Source: an uncultured Nitrospiraceae bacterium
GTDB lineage: Bacteria > Nitrospirota > Thermodesulfovibrionia > Thermodesulfovibrionales > UBA6898
Length of the DNA stretch: 64,000 bases
Direction of reading: 5' to 3'
Assembly: GCA_963811165.1 (NCBI GenBank)
Contig: CAWEQH010000004.1
Location: forward strand, 320,001-384,000
Positions 19,976-30,389 of this stretch are shown here, piece after piece (the first letter of the stretch is position 1; every line of letters starts with the position of its first letter). The notes beneath the pieces are model-generated. The model worked only from the letters and a program-made list of their open reading frames with translations, was not told the DNA's origin and did not search any database. The translations under genes were made by a program, and so were the position numbers.

Positions 19976-20678
19976 CGACAGACTCCGGCATAGCATCCTG
20001 TTCAAGGCAGCCGTCTTTCAGGTGGTACACGTGGTCGAAACCCGCGATCATCCGTTCGTCGTGGGTCACCACGATTACCGCCGACTGATTTTCCTTGGCG
20101 ATCTTCTTTAACATGTCCATCACCCTCGCTCCTCTTCCAGTGTCCAATGCGGCGGTGGGTTCGTCGGCCAAAATCAGCCTGGCATTATTGGCCAGGGCGC
20201 GCGCGATGGACACACGCTGCTGCTCGCCCCCGGAAAGAAGGGCCGGCAGGTAATCGGCACGGTCCGCGATTTCCATGTATTCCAAAAGCTCTTTCACCCG
20301 GGTTTCAGCTTCTTTTCCCTTGATGCCTATGAGATTCAAAGGAAGAAGCACATTCTGCCTGGCAGTGAGAAAAGGGATTAAATTGTGAGACTGAAAAATA
20401 AAACCTACTTTTTCCCGGCGCAGGCGGCGCATATCAACTCCCCCCTTCCAGCCGTCTTTTTGAAATATAGTTTGACCGTCAAAGACGACCTTGCCTGCCG
20501 TGGGCTCAAGGATCAGGCTGATACATAAAAGCAGTGTGGTCTTGCCGGAACCGCTCGGGCCAAGCAGCGCCACCAGCTCGCCCTTTGAGACCGACAGGTT
20601 TATATCCTGCAGGGCACGGACCTCCAGACGCCCGGAGCCGAAAACCTTAGTCAGGCCCTCAATTCGGAGGATTTCCAT
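19968..20678 (-). CDS. ABC transporter ATP-binding protein (MacB/LolD type)
   Basis: [28 protein letters not shown]. Confidence 0.95.
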   Translation of the reverse strand: MEILRIEGLTKVFGSGRLEVRALQDINLSVSKGELVALLGPSGSGKTTLLLCISLILEPTAGKVVFDGQTIFQKDGWKGGVDMRRLRREKVGFIFQSHNLIPFLTARQNVLLPLNLIGIKGKEAETRVKELLEYMEIADRADYLPALLSGGEQQRVSIARALANNARLILADEPTAALDTGRGARVMDMLKKIAKENQSAVIVVTHDERMIAGFDHVYHLKDGCLEQDAMPESVDE

Positions 20679-21874
20679 TATCCCCCCAGGGCCATGGCAG
20701 GCTGGGTTTTCAACGCCTGCCAGAGTCCTAAAATACTGGCGAGGATGCCGCCCGCAAAGGCTATGATAAAAGTAAACAGGGTATCACCGGAAACTAACAT
20801 GATGGTCCTGGGAAACAGATGATACGTGTTCTGGATTAGAACCAGCCCAAACAGGAAGGCGCCAATGGTCAGAAGCAATGACTGTTCCATGACCATTCTG
20901 ATGATTACCCGGTCGGGAGCCCCGATTAGTTTCAGGACTGCGATGCTCCGGATTTTTTCCATGGTAAAGGTATAGACCACAAGCGAGACTATGACTACAG
21001 AGATAATCAGCAAAAGCGTTCTGAAGAGAAGAAGCTGCTTGGCCATGCTGGCCAACCGTCCTTTCAGCATCAGTTCGCCTTCATCCGGCGTGCTGAAAGC
21101 GGAGAGATATAACCACTTGTCTATCAAACGGGCCACCTCTGCCCGATCCGCTCCGGGCTTCAGCCGCACAAGTATGGCATTGGTGATATGGGTGTCGGAC
21201 TGCAGCGGAGCGAGCAATTTTTCAGCCTGGTCCGGGGATAAAAAGCTCTGTCCGGAAAGGGTCTGGAGCAATCTTTCTCGCTGATTGCGTATTTCTTCGT
21301 TATCTCTTTGATACAGCACCTCCTGAGCATCGGGGAGAGAGAGATACACCAATGCCTCCCCATCGGTCGAAATGGCCTCTTTTGTCAAACCCACCACAGT
21401 ATAGGTATGTAGGCCCAAGGGAACCCTGTCCCCTATGTGCACCCCCAATTTCGGGTGGGCGACCATTTCATAATGGGCATGCTCAATATTTCTGCCCGCA
21501 TAAATCTTTTGCGGTCCCCCCAGCCCCCCAAAGACATCGTAGCCGATGATGCTGAAATGCCGACTTTTACCCTCTATCGGTCTTTCAACGGTATAGTAGA
21601 TAAAAGGGCTCGCCTTTTCCACACCGGGGATAGCCTTGATACTGTAATGATAAAATTCTGGAACGGTAGACTGTTCGTTGAAGGGGCCGCCCCGGTATCT
21701 TTCTACAACCCAGAGATCGGGATTGGTAGCGTTGATGAGAGCGAGGCCCTCGTAGATGTTGCCGCGATATAGGCCGTTCATGGCCAGGACTATGGTAAAC
21801 AGCAGACCCACGCCGAAAACTGTGGCGATGAACCGGCCTCTATGTTGCTTCAGGTCATAGAATGCTAAGTGCAT
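20678..21874 (-). CDS. ABC transporter permease (FtsX/MacB family)
   Basis: One TM, periplasmic domain, three TMs; IAVLKLIGA. Confidence 0.9.
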   Translation of the reverse strand: MHLAFYDLKQHRGRFIATVFGVGLLFTIVLAMNGLYRGNIYEGLALINATNPDLWVVERYRGGPFNEQSTVPEFYHYSIKAIPGVEKASPFIYYTVERPIEGKSRHFSIIGYDVFGGLGGPQKIYAGRNIEHAHYEMVAHPKLGVHIGDRVPLGLHTYTVVGLTKEAISTDGEALVYLSLPDAQEVLYQRDNEEIRNQRERLLQTLSGQSFLSPDQAEKLLAPLQSDTHITNAILVRLKPGADRAEVARLIDKWLYLSAFSTPDEGELMLKGRLASMAKQLLLFRTLLLIISVVIVSLVVYTFTMEKIRSIAVLKLIGAPDRVIIRMVMEQSLLLTIGAFLFGLVLIQNTYHLFPRTIMLVSGDTLFTFIIAFAGGILASILGLWQALKTQPAMALGG

Positions 21875-21950
21875 CGATCCTCCGCGCTGGCGATGGCTGT
21901 CCCTTCATGGAAAATCCGGGCTGGAAGTTGACCTGACTGACTCATCAACC

Positions 21951-23105
21951 TCATGGGTTCTTCTTCATATCAGATTTTATTTCGGGCCGCACTTTTTTGC
22001 CCTGTTCAATCCCTGCAGGGTTAAGTATTACCATGTCACCTTCCTTGAGGCCTTCGAGGACCGTAGCTCGCTGTCCGTCCCGTAACCCTAATGAAATGGG
22101 TCGGAAACTTGCCAGGCCGTTGGACACCACCATGACTCCTTTGGAGCCGTTTCTTTCCGTGATGGCGGATAAAGGAACCGCCGGAGCTGTCTGGCGGCCG
22201 GTATCAATATCGACCTCGGTCTCTTCTCCGATCACCAGGGGATTCGGCAGTGCATCAAATTTCACATCCACCTCCAGTTCCCGGGTCACGGTATCCGCCT
22301 CTTTGTTGAGCCGGGCGACTTCACCCTGGAAAACCCGCCCGGAGCGCAATGTGATCGAGGCCTTTTGTCCCTCCCGGAGCTGCGCTATTTTTGTTTCATC
22401 AATCCATGAAGCCGCCCAGATTTGGTAATCGACCATTTGAAAGATGGCTGTTCCGGGAGACACCGTATTTCCTGCTTCCGCTTTGCGTACAGTAATAACG
22501 CCGTCCATGGGGGCCAGGATTCGCGTGTAGCCAAAGAGCGCTTCCGCCGCTTTGGTTTCAGATCCCGCCTGATTGACGGCCGACTGCAGGGCCTTTGCCG
22601 TCGCTTCATTGGCGGCAACGTCGCTCTCGGCCACACGAAGAGCGGCTTTAGTCGTGTCAAAGGCCGCAGGTGAGATATAGCCCGGTTTGAAAACCTCCAA
22701 GTCCCTCTGATAGTTGCTTTGGGCCAGTGCAAGGTTCGCTTGAGACTTTATCAAGTCTGCCCGAGCCCTCGCCAGATCACGTTCCGCGCGACTTCCGGCC
22801 GCATGTGCCGCGGCAGCCCGGGCCCTTAATTCAACGGAGTCCAACTCGGCAAGTAGTTGGCCTATTTTCACTTTGTCTCCCTGATCGGCATGGAGCTTTT
22901 CCAAAATGCCGGTAATCTTGGCGCTCACAGTAACGGGTACTCTGGATTGCACTGTGCCCGGCCCGTGGACTTTGCCCTGGATCTCCGCCTTTTTAACTAC
23001 TATCACAGCCGTCGGCGGAAGATACCAGAAAATTTTATATACTGCAAATGTCAGGATAAGCAGGGCTATAATAATGCCCGTAATTTTTTTCTTGCCTGAT
23101 TTCAC
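21951..23105 (-). CDS. Efflux periplasmic adaptor (membrane fusion protein)
   Basis: Lipoyl halves (VKIGQLLAEL, ILAPMDG) around a helical hairpin. Confidence 0.92.
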   Translation of the reverse strand: MKSGKKKITGIIIALLILTFAVYKIFWYLPPTAVIVVKKAEIQGKVHGPGTVQSRVPVTVSAKITGILEKLHADQGDKVKIGQLLAELDSVELRARAAAAHAAGSRAERDLARARADLIKSQANLALAQSNYQRDLEVFKPGYISPAAFDTTKAALRVAESDVAANEATAKALQSAVNQAGSETKAAEALFGYTRILAPMDGVITVRKAEAGNTVSPGTAIFQMVDYQIWAASWIDETKIAQLREGQKASITLRSGRVFQGEVARLNKEADTVTRELEVDVKFDALPNPLVIGEETEVDIDTGRQTAPAVPLSAITERNGSKGVMVVSNGLASFRPISLGLRDGQRATVLEGLKEGDMVILNPAGIEQGKKVRPEIKSDMKKNP

Positions 23106-24547
23106 TTCGTCTGACCCCCTTTATCATTTTGAGAGAACTCGAAATCCTGCGACCCGAGGATTTGACGGACCCGCGCCTTTGCCGTTTCATGATTTACCTC
23201 ATACCTGATAAGGCTAAACCGGGAACTGGTCAGGTCCACTTGGGCCTGGAGCACATCCAGGCCTATGGCCTTGCCGTTACGATAGAGGGCCTGGGCGCTG
23301 GCGTATGCCTCTTCATTTGTGGCTACGGTCTGGCGGGCAGTGATCACTCCCTGACGGGCGTTTTCCTGGTCCTGCCAGGCGGTAGTAAGGTCTATCTTCA
23401 GTCTGTTAAGACGGTCTCTCTTTCTCTCCAGCGCTTGAAGATATCTGGAAGACGCCGCCGCAACCTGTGCCCTGGTCAATCCGCCCTCAAAAAACGGAAA
23501 CTCTATGAATATGCCGGCCAACCATTCACCCCTGGTCCCTCCCGTATCCTGATGGCGCGTTCCCATACTGCCCTGAAGGCTCACCTCGGGGAAATAGGCC
23601 CCACGGGCTGTCTTGATCTGTGTCTGGCCTTGCTCTATTTCCAAATTGAGTCTTTTGATTTCGGGATTGGTTTTGAGCGTCTCCAGCCACAATGAGTTCA
23701 TGTCAGATGCAGGGGCAAATTCCTCCGGAAGTCGGCCCCGGATATCCAGTGGCGACTCCTCTTTCAACCCTATCGATCTGGCCAGAATTTCCCTGGCCAG
23801 AACCACGGCGTTTTCCGCTTCCACCTTGGCCTGCTCCGCTTCCGAAACCTGGGATTTGGCCCTGAGAGAATCGAGTTGCGTAACCTTGCCGGCTTTAAAA
23901 AAAACCTCGGTGAGAGTCGCAAAATCCAGCCGTTGCTTCAGGGCTTCCCCGGCCACTTTCAGATTCTCCTTAGCCTCTATCAGGCGATAGAATGCCTGGG
24001 TCACGGTAAATGCCACTTCATCAGAGGTCCTCCTGACTTCCTGCCTCTGGGCCTCGGAGCCGATTTCGGCCGCTTTCACATTACTACGGGTTATTCCCCC
24101 GTTAAAAAGTATCTGTTTGCCGGATATGCCGGCAAACGACTCGTCCTTGTTGAAATCCATTGCCGGCGGCGCGGTAGAGCCTCCCGGAGGCAGCCGGTTG
24201 GGCTCTAATCTTTGATAATAGGACAAGAGTACCAGCCGGGGATAAAAACCGGATCTCGCCGCCTGATAATCAGCCACCAGCTCCCGAATCCTCTCATTCG
24301 CCCCGCTCAGGGCCGGGTTATATTTCCGGGCCAGGGCCAGGCAATCTTCGATGCTCAGTGACTGATAATCGCTTCCTTGTGTTGTTTCAGCTTGAGCTCT
24401 GATATTGAAGATGAAAATTGATAAAAATACGAAACACAGGAGAATGGCATTAGGAAGCATTTTGAACTCATTGCGTTTGAATGTAAATTGTTGAGGATTA
24501 GGTAGCGACGTTGCAGAGCTGGTTAATTGTGTTCTGTTGGCGGGCAT
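23102..24547 (-). CDS. TolC family outer-membrane efflux protein (true start may be ATG 24460)
   Basis: OEP repeats, YFPEVSL and DVLQAQ motifs; operon context. Confidence 0.9.
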   Translation of the reverse strand: MPANRTQLTSSATSLPNPQQFTFKRNEFKMLPNAILLCFVFLSIFIFNIRAQAETTQGSDYQSLSIEDCLALARKYNPALSGANERIRELVADYQAARSGFYPRLVLLSYYQRLEPNRLPPGGSTAPPAMDFNKDESFAGISGKQILFNGGITRSNVKAAEIGSEAQRQEVRRTSDEVAFTVTQAFYRLIEAKENLKVAGEALKQRLDFATLTEVFFKAGKVTQLDSLRAKSQVSEAEQAKVEAENAVVLAREILARSIGLKEESPLDIRGRLPEEFAPASDMNSLWLETLKTNPEIKRLNLEIEQGQTQIKTARGAYFPEVSLQGSMGTRHQDTGGTRGEWLAGIFIEFPFFEGGLTRAQVAAASSRYLQALERKRDRLNRLKIDLTTAWQDQENARQGVITARQTVATNEEAYASAQALYRNGKAIGLDVLQAQVDLTSSRFSLIRYEVNHETAKARVRQILGSQDFEFSQNDKGGQTK

Positions 24548-25008
24548 CCCATCTGCCTCCCCTCTGTCATGGCGTTGTCTATCAAATCGAGAAACTTATT
24601 TTGTTGCTCTTTATCCAGTCCGGCCTTCATGTCGAGCATATGCATGGCTATCATCCGCTGCATCTCTTCCTGCATGCCGCTTATTTTGGATACGACCGCG
24701 GCAACGGCATTTCTGTCAGGGTTGTCCTGACGCATCATCGTAATAAGTTCTTTTCTCCTTGAGGCGACTGCTTGTCTTTTTTCGTCGATGATCGCCCGGA
24801 ATTTGGTTGCAGTCTCCCTCATAGTCTTCATCTGGTCCGGCCGCAGAGAAAGCTCCTCAAATAAAAAATGCCCCTTCTTCATCTTGTATCCGAAAGGCGA
24901 GGTCCAGTGCGTTGACTTCTTGTAATATTGATATCCTGCAGCTCCCAGGAAGGAAATATTCAATATCAAGGAGATAAGAAGGAGAAATTTTAGCGTGCTA
25001 TTTTTCAT
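24523..25008 (-). CDS. Periplasmic heavy-metal sensor (Spy/CpxP-like)
   Basis: SLILN TM anchor, helical domain, L.P.Q pattern. Confidence 0.8.
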   Translation of the reverse strand: MKNSTLKFLLLISLILNISFLGAAGYQYYKKSTHWTSPFGYKMKKGHFLFEELSLRPDQMKTMRETATKFRAIIDEKRQAVASRRKELITMMRQDNPDRNAVAAVVSKISGMQEEMQRMIAMHMLDMKAGLDKEQQNKFLDLIDNAMTEGRQMGCPPTEHN

Positions 25009-25450
25009 CCCTCACCTCCGTCATCGCAAGATAGGCCCCGCCTAAAGAATCCGGCGGCGCCGAGTCAAAGACATCGAGCGAAAGCGAGGCCATTACCTGT
25101 CTCGCTTTATCCGGCATGTAATCCTTTATCAGAAGGCTGCCGGACAAAACACCCAAAGCGATGACCACAATAACTACGACTGCCTCCGCAAGTCTGGCAA
25201 AAACGGGAATCCTTGAGCTTCTCCTTATTTCCCCTGAACTTATATTCGCCATGACCCTTGCATGAAAGCCATAGGGCGCTTTGAATTTATCCGTATTTGC
25301 AAACAAATTATGGAGCTCCTTGCCTTCCTCGAATTCCTTCCGGCACTTGTGACAGACCTTGATATGGTCTTCAAGTAGTTTCCTATTCTGTTCTATCAGT
25401 TCGCCGTCAATATAGGGAGATATGAGCTTATGCGCTTTTGAGCACTTCAT
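24998..25450 (-). CDS. Anti-sigma factor (zf-HC2)
   Basis: C...YIDGEL...HIKVCHKC followed by a TM; directly after the ECF sigma. Confidence 0.9.
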   Translation of the reverse strand: MKCSKAHKLISPYIDGELIEQNRKLLEDHIKVCHKCRKEFEEGKELHNLFANTDKFKAPYGFHARVMANISSGEIRRSSRIPVFARLAEAVVVIVVIALGVLSGSLLIKDYMPDKARQVMASLSLDVFDSAPPDSLGGAYLAMTEVRDEK

Positions 25451-25471
25451 CTTTGCCTCCTCTTACTCATT

Positions 25472-25497
25472 AAACGATTGAGGTTCAGTTTTGTTCC
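25472..25497 (-). promoter_or_regulatory. ECF-type promoter (GGAAC-N16-CGTTT) overlapping the sigma gene end
   Basis: Minus strand GGAACaaaactgaacctcaatCGTTT; near-duplicate of the 26069-26094 site. Confidence 0.7.
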
Positions 25498-26057
25498 GTA
25501 AATTTTTTCAAACGATGTTTTAATTCTTCTCTTGCCCTTGAAATCCTTGATTTTACCGTGCCTATGGAGACTTCAAGGATGTCCGCAATTTCATCGTAGG
25601 AAAGACCTTCTATCTCCTTCAACACGATTGCCGTCCTGAGCTTTGGGGGAAGTTTCCTTATGCTATTATGGAGGGCCAAGCCAACCTGCTTCGATTCGTA
25701 GAGTTTTTCCGGTGAAGGCCAATCTGAAGCCGGTTCTTCAACAAACTCCTCTCCCTCGTCAGTCTTCGTGAAAAACGATTCGAAAAATGGCTTCTTCTTG
25801 TAATCAAGGCAGGTGTTTACCGCAATGCGATAGAGCCAGGTATAGAGCGAAGCCTCCGGCTTGAAATCCTTCAGCTTCTGATATGCCTTAAGGAAAGTGT
25901 CCTGCGCCGCGTCTTCGGCGTCAGAGGTGTTACCGAGCATGTAACGGCAGAGGTTATATATCCTGTCCTGGTATTTCAGGACGAGTTCTTCGAATGCCGC
26001 CTTCTCATCATTCTTGAATCTGTCTACAAGCGATGATTCGTCAGACTTGTTGCCCAT
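25485..26057 (-). CDS. ECF sigma-70 factor
   Basis: DAEDAAQDTFLKAY, TWLYRIAVN, GTVKSRISRAR. Confidence 0.95.
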   Translation of the reverse strand: MGNKSDESSLVDRFKNDEKAAFEELVLKYQDRIYNLCRYMLGNTSDAEDAAQDTFLKAYQKLKDFKPEASLYTWLYRIAVNTCLDYKKKPFFESFFTKTDEGEEFVEEPASDWPSPEKLYESKQVGLALHNSIRKLPPKLRTAIVLKEIEGLSYDEIADILEVSIGTVKSRISRAREELKHRLKKFTEQN

Positions 26058-26068
26058 TGTAACTATAA

Positions 26069-26094
26069 TAACGATTGGGACTGAGTTTTGCTCC
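26069..26094 (-). promoter_or_regulatory. ECF-type autoregulatory promoter (GGAGC-N16-CGTTA)
   Basis: Minus strand GGAGCaaaactcagtcccaatCGTTA, 11 nt upstream of the sigma ATG. Confidence 0.65.
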
Positions 26095-26158
26095 GTGATT
26101 ATTTCTGTTTATGGGAAAAAGCTGAAGCTCAAGGCCAGACCGGATCACGGCATAAGCT

Positions 26159-27320
26159 TCATAACGAAAACGCAGAAATGACTGCTCCTATGAGCACAAC
26201 GTAGAGGATATCGACCTTTTTCAGGAGCGCTGCGAATGCCGTAACTGCTAATACTGCCCGGACAATATCCCATGGCACAGCCAATCCGAACTTCACGGTT
26301 ACAAAGAAAAGAAGGCCGACGAAAGATGCGAGGATTCCTTTTGTCGCTCTCATGAAATAAACAGATGTCCTCAATCTGTCCATCACCGGGGTTATAGCGA
26401 TCACCATCAAGAAAGAAGGGGTAAATATCGCGACGGTTGCGACAAATGCACCGGCTAATCCATAGAGTCAGATATCCTACAAAGGTTGAGGTGATAACAA
26501 TGGGGCCGGGTGTCACCTGTCCGAGGGCTATGCCGTCCATGAATGTCTTGCTGTCCATCCACCCTCTTACGTTTACAATCTCATGAAGCATCAGCGGCAA
26601 GGACGCAAAACCGCCCCCGAAGGCAAATAAATCGATCTTCATCATCAACACAGCGAGATTCAGGAGTGTTGCGTCTATGAGATAGAGAATGAGAAGCCCT
26701 AAAAGCAGGATGAAGAGAAACGTTGAAAGCTGTTTGACCCCGCGCTTGTTTGTTCCCGTTTCAACAGCTGATGCCCTAACAATGCCCCTGCCGTTTAGAA
26801 ATAAAATGCCGGCGAAGGCAGCGCCCAAAATTACAATGAAGGGGCTTATCCCGATCCAAAAAAAAACAGAGGCAGCTATGGCAAGAATGATATCTCTGAA
26901 ATTCTTAAGCGTACTTTTACCGAAGGAGTAAGTCGCATTTGCAACAATAGCTACAACCACAACCTGCAAGCCGTTAAACAGTGAGATGATCCCGGGAGCT
27001 TCATGATACCTCGCGTAGAGCGATGATAGTATCAGCATCAAAATAAATGCTGGCAGTCCAAAGCCGACAAATGATGCCAGTGCTCCTGCGATACCCCTTG
27101 CCCTAAGACCTACAAATGCAGCGGTCTGCATCGCGGTGGCTCCCGGTATCGTTTGACAGAGTGCGACCCCATCTTTAAATTTTTCTTCGTCAAGCCACTT
27201 GTAGCGCGTTACAGCCATTTCTTTTATGTATGCGACCATTGCAGGCCCGCCAAAGGCCGTAAGACCAAGCTTAAGAAAGGACAAAAAAAGTCTTAGAGTG
27301 GAAGGCTTACGTTCTACCAA
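26159..27320 (-). pseudogene. chrA: Chromate efflux transporter, frameshifted near 26467
   Basis: LGLTAFGGP, QTIPG, AFGGGFA and QVTPGP motifs; the C-terminus (LYGLAGAFVATVAIFTPSF...) continues in another frame. Confidence 0.85.
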
Positions 27321-27448
27321 TCGCCTCGTTATTCATCTAAAGTTATAACTTAGGCCTATCTTATTTCGGATGTGAGAAACCTGTCAAGTTTTTGTCCGGC
27401 AGAATTTAAAATCAATCCATAATTACAAGGCAAGCTGTTAATGTTCGC

Positions 27449-27492
27449 TTGACAAACAAAGCCGTAAGGGTCTATTATGTGCATATGCACAT
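27449..27492 (+). promoter_or_regulatory. Sigma70-like promoter with an overlapping perfect 16-bp palindrome
   Basis: TTGACA-N18-TATTAT; ATGTGCATATGCACAT at 27477-27492. Confidence 0.7.
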
Positions 27493-27510
27493 TTTAGCGT
27501 TAAAGAATTT

Positions 27511-27726
27511 ATGTCTCCGCGAGCTAAAAAGCAAAGAAATTGCGGATGCAGATTTATGGGAAAGGCCTTCAAGCCCATGGGGATCCCGGTGACCGAAATC
27601 GAAAAGATCCCCCTCTACGCGGATGAACTCAAGGCATTAAAACCAAGCGCCGCTGACGGACTTAAGCTGGATGAAGCAGGGGAGTAAATGGACATATTGC
27701 GGCGAAATATGAAGGATGGCAAGTGA
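27511..27726 (+). pseudogene. DUF134 family DNA-binding protein remnant
   Basis: MSPRAKKQRNC...FKPMGIP...DELKAL...DGL..DEAGE*MDI; internal TAA before the HTH. Confidence 0.7.
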
Positions 27727-27807
27727 GAGAAAGAAAACGGCCGCAACGCTCTTGGAGTGCAAGGCGCCCGTTTGTGAAAAAAACCATATGCAAATAGGAG
27801 GAAGAAA

Positions 27808-28182
27808 ATGAAATTATGTTTTCCGGTCAAAGAGATAGCGGATCTCCAGAGTGAGGTGTATGGACACTTCGGTTCTGCTCCGGCGTTTGTTATTTTCGAT
27901 TCCGACACAAAGACAATTGCAGCAATAAATAATTCCGACCAGCATCATGAACACGGCATGTGCAACCCTGTGAGCGCGCTTGCGGGTCATCGGGTCGATG
28001 TCGTTGTGGTGGGCGGAATCGGTGGCGGGGCACTCATGAAACTGAATCGGGATGGTATTGCTGTGTATCAGGCAATCGGGAAAACGGTGCAGGAAAACAT
28101 CGAACTCTTCAGTTCGAAGAGGCTGCCCCAGTTTCAGCCCGGCCATGTCTGCGCAGGAGATGCCGGCGGGTGTTCTCATTAA
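27808..28182 (+). CDS. NifB/NifX (FeMo-cofactor-binding-like) family protein
   Basis: GHFGSAPAF, GGIGGGA, His-rich loop. Confidence 0.9.
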   Translation: MKLCFPVKEIADLQSEVYGHFGSAPAFVIFDSDTKTIAAINNSDQHHEHGMCNPVSALAGHRVDVVVVGGIGGGALMKLNRDGIAVYQAIGKTVQENIELFSSKRLPQFQPGHVCAGDAGGCSH

Positions 28183-28318
28183 CGAAGAATTGCACGACGA
28201 CAACGGATAACGCGGGAAGATGTGGGTAAATATCCGAGAAGGCTGCCGGGATAGAGAAAAAGCAGAGAGACGCCGTCAAGAGAGTGAGACCATCAATACA
28301 TAACAGGAGATGCACATT

Positions 28319-28693
28319 ATGGAAAAGAAAAAATTCGTATTCATTATTACTCAATCTGATGACAAACCCGATATAGTTGCGGGCGCAATGCAACTGGCGA
28401 CAAACATGAAAGCATTCGATACGGAACTCGATTTCTTTCTCATGGATGCCGGCGTGAAGCTTGCAAAAAAAGGTTTTGCAGAGACGCTTACATCTCAGAA
28501 AAAGGATGAGTTTTCGCCGGTACATGAGCTAATGAAAACCCTCATTGAGGACTTCGGGGTAAAGTTCTATATTTGCGCATCATGCGTCAATCATTACGGA
28601 CTAGACAAGGCGGAGCGCATTCCCAATTCAGAGATCAAACCGGGATCATTCCTGGGAGAGATGCTGCTCGAACGGGAAGGATTGACGTTTTGA
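28319..28693 (+). CDS. DsrE-family protein
   Basis: FFLMDAGVKLAKKG, GVKFYICASC. Confidence 0.85.
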   Translation: MEKKKFVFIITQSDDKPDIVAGAMQLATNMKAFDTELDFFLMDAGVKLAKKGFAETLTSQKKDEFSPVHELMKTLIEDFGVKFYICASCVNHYGLDKAERIPNSEIKPGSFLGEMLLEREGLTF

Positions 28694-28835
28694 GTACCCT
28701 AAGCGGCACATCCCGGATTGTGAAAAAGAGTATTTGGATTCGCACCCTGACGGAAGTGGCTGGATAGTATGAACGCTTCTGAAAAGGCGGCACATGTTTA
28801 GATCCGCTGAAAAAACTTTTTAAAGGAGGTCTTTA

Positions 28836-29288
28836 ATGAAAAAAGTTATGGCGTCGGTTCTGGCCCTTTGCTTTTTTATGTTGACCGCTGAATCTTTCGC
28901 TCAGCCTACGATCAAATGGAAAGGAGGCGGCGGATGGGGAATGGGGTCGCATTATGGCAGGATGTACGACCCTAAGACAGTCGAAACTATAAGCGGTGTC
29001 GTTGAAAAGGTTGAAAAGATAACCCCGATGAAAGGGATGTCTTACGGCGTTCACGTTGTCGTCAAGACAGAGAAAGAAACGATCGACGTTCATCTTGGAC
29101 CGGGGTGGTACATTGAGAATCAGGACGTGAAGCTAATGCCGGGAGACAAAGTTGAAATCACAGGTTCCAGGATTACCTTTCAGGACAAGCCGGCAATCAT
29201 AGCGGCAGACGTTAAAAAAGGGGACGAAATCCTGAAACTGAGGGATGAAAACGGCTTCCCTGCATGGGCTGGCTGGAGACGGCGTTAA
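28836..29288 (+). CDS. Exported OB-fold-like protein
   Basis: Signal peptide; YDPKTVETISG, VHLGPGWY, VEITGS, LRDENGFPAW. Confidence 0.8.
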   Translation: MKKVMASVLALCFFMLTAESFAQPTIKWKGGGGWGMGSHYGRMYDPKTVETISGVVEKVEKITPMKGMSYGVHVVVKTEKETIDVHLGPGWYIENQDVKLMPGDKVEITGSRITFQDKPAIIAADVKKGDEILKLRDENGFPAWAGWRRR

Positions 29289-29419
29289 GGAATCCGATAT
29301 GGGGCGCGAATCCGAATTTATCGCTTGGCTGAATGGAAGATGAGATTTATGGAGGTTCCCGGTTCCACGCCTTCAGTGTATTTACATAATCAAGAAGGTT
29401 TTTGGGAAGGGGGTACATC

Positions 29420-29764
29420 ATGAGGAAGGAAACAATTATAAATCAGTTGAGAGCGTTTCATTTTTTGTCAGGGGTATTAAAGAACCAGCAACACGACCCA
29501 CTCTGCGGTAAATGTCTTGCCTTTGAGAAGGTGGCGGAGACCACCATGGACAATTTTATAAAATGCGAAAGGGACTGCAGGTCTGGAAGGGAACATTTAT
29601 CCAAAGAATTGTCGGACTTGTTCCTTCGGGTCTATGACAAATTGGCCTCAATTGAGCATCCTGATAATCCAATAGGACAAAAGAAAGCCGGAAACTGCAA
29701 ACTGCCCGAAGGGCTCTGTTTTACAAAGGTTGCAGTTTTACTGCATGAAGCAATGGAAAATTAG
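29420..29764 (+). CDS. Cys-containing hypothetical protein
   Basis: HDPLCGKC...GNCKLPEGLC; RBS-like GGGGG upstream. Confidence 0.65.
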   Translation: MRKETIINQLRAFHFLSGVLKNQQHDPLCGKCLAFEKVAETTMDNFIKCERDCRSGREHLSKELSDLFLRVYDKLASIEHPDNPIGQKKAGNCKLPEGLCFTKVAVLLHEAMEN

Positions 29765-29795
29765 TTCGGGGTCGCAGAAGTGAAGGGAGGTCATC

Positions 29796-30050
29796 GTGCC
29801 GTTCTATGAATATGTATGTGAAGAGTGCGGACACAGGAGTGAATTCAGACAATCAATTCATGATGCGCCGCTAATGGCCTGCCCGGAATGCTCGGGCAAA
29901 TTGCGCAGACTTATTTCCGGGGGAAACGGATTTATTGTGAAGGGCCTAACCGGCGGTGAGGCTCTTCAGCCCCGCTGTGGAAGGGACCACACATGCTGCG
30001 GGAGCGCAGCGCCCTGCGATTCTCCCGGCTGTGGCATCGGCGGAAAATAA
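29796..30050 (+). CDS. FmdB-family zinc-ribbon protein with Cys-rich tail
   Basis: MPFYEYVCEECG...CPECSG; RBS GGAGG, GTG start. Confidence 0.88.
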   Translation: MPFYEYVCEECGHRSEFRQSIHDAPLMACPECSGKLRRLISGGNGFIVKGLTGGEALQPRCGRDHTCCGSAAPCDSPGCGIGGK

Positions 30051-30150
30051 AAATAAAGAGAGAGAAGGCGGGCGGGCGGCCCAGGCTTTTAGTAAACCCT
30101 TCGGGAGGCTCCCTCTTCTTAGATAGGGCAAAGATCGGACCCGACGCCGC

Positions 30151-30310
30151 TCATTCATTCTTCCGTTGGTAATCAGCCCCGACGCGGGATTTCTTGATTT
30201 TTTTCCAAAGGGCTTGTCTGCTGATGCCCAGCAATCTGGCGGCCTAGTTTTTTTTCCCGCCCGCCTGCCTCAAGGCCTCCAGCAGCCGATCTCGCCCGCC
30301 CGGTCCTGCG
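30151..30310 (-). pseudogene. Remnant of a Fis-type HTH (sigma54 activator C-terminus)
   Basis: RDRLLEALRQAGGKKN*AARLLGISRQALWKKIKK; compare ALSQAGGNRKRAAEMLGISLRSLHYKIK in 53438..54769. Confidence 0.65.
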
Positions 30311-30389
30311 GGAGCACAGGAGCGCTGATGTCTTCATCTGGCAGATATAAGAGGGGGAAAGCATACTTTTTCAGGTCAAGAAAGCTACT

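Noticed and set aside
27808..28182. Nitrogen fixation gene cluster
   Set aside because: NifB/NifX-like domains are common in non-diazotrophs; no nifHDK here.
28836..29288. Possible magnetosome (MamS/MamX-like) gene
   Set aside because: No CxxCH magnetochrome motifs and no other mam genes in the window.
30244..30246. In-frame TAG in the Fis-HTH remnant as possible pyrrolysine
   Set aside because: The fragment has no start, has other lesions, and the position is not catalytic; an ordinary nonsense mutation is more likely.
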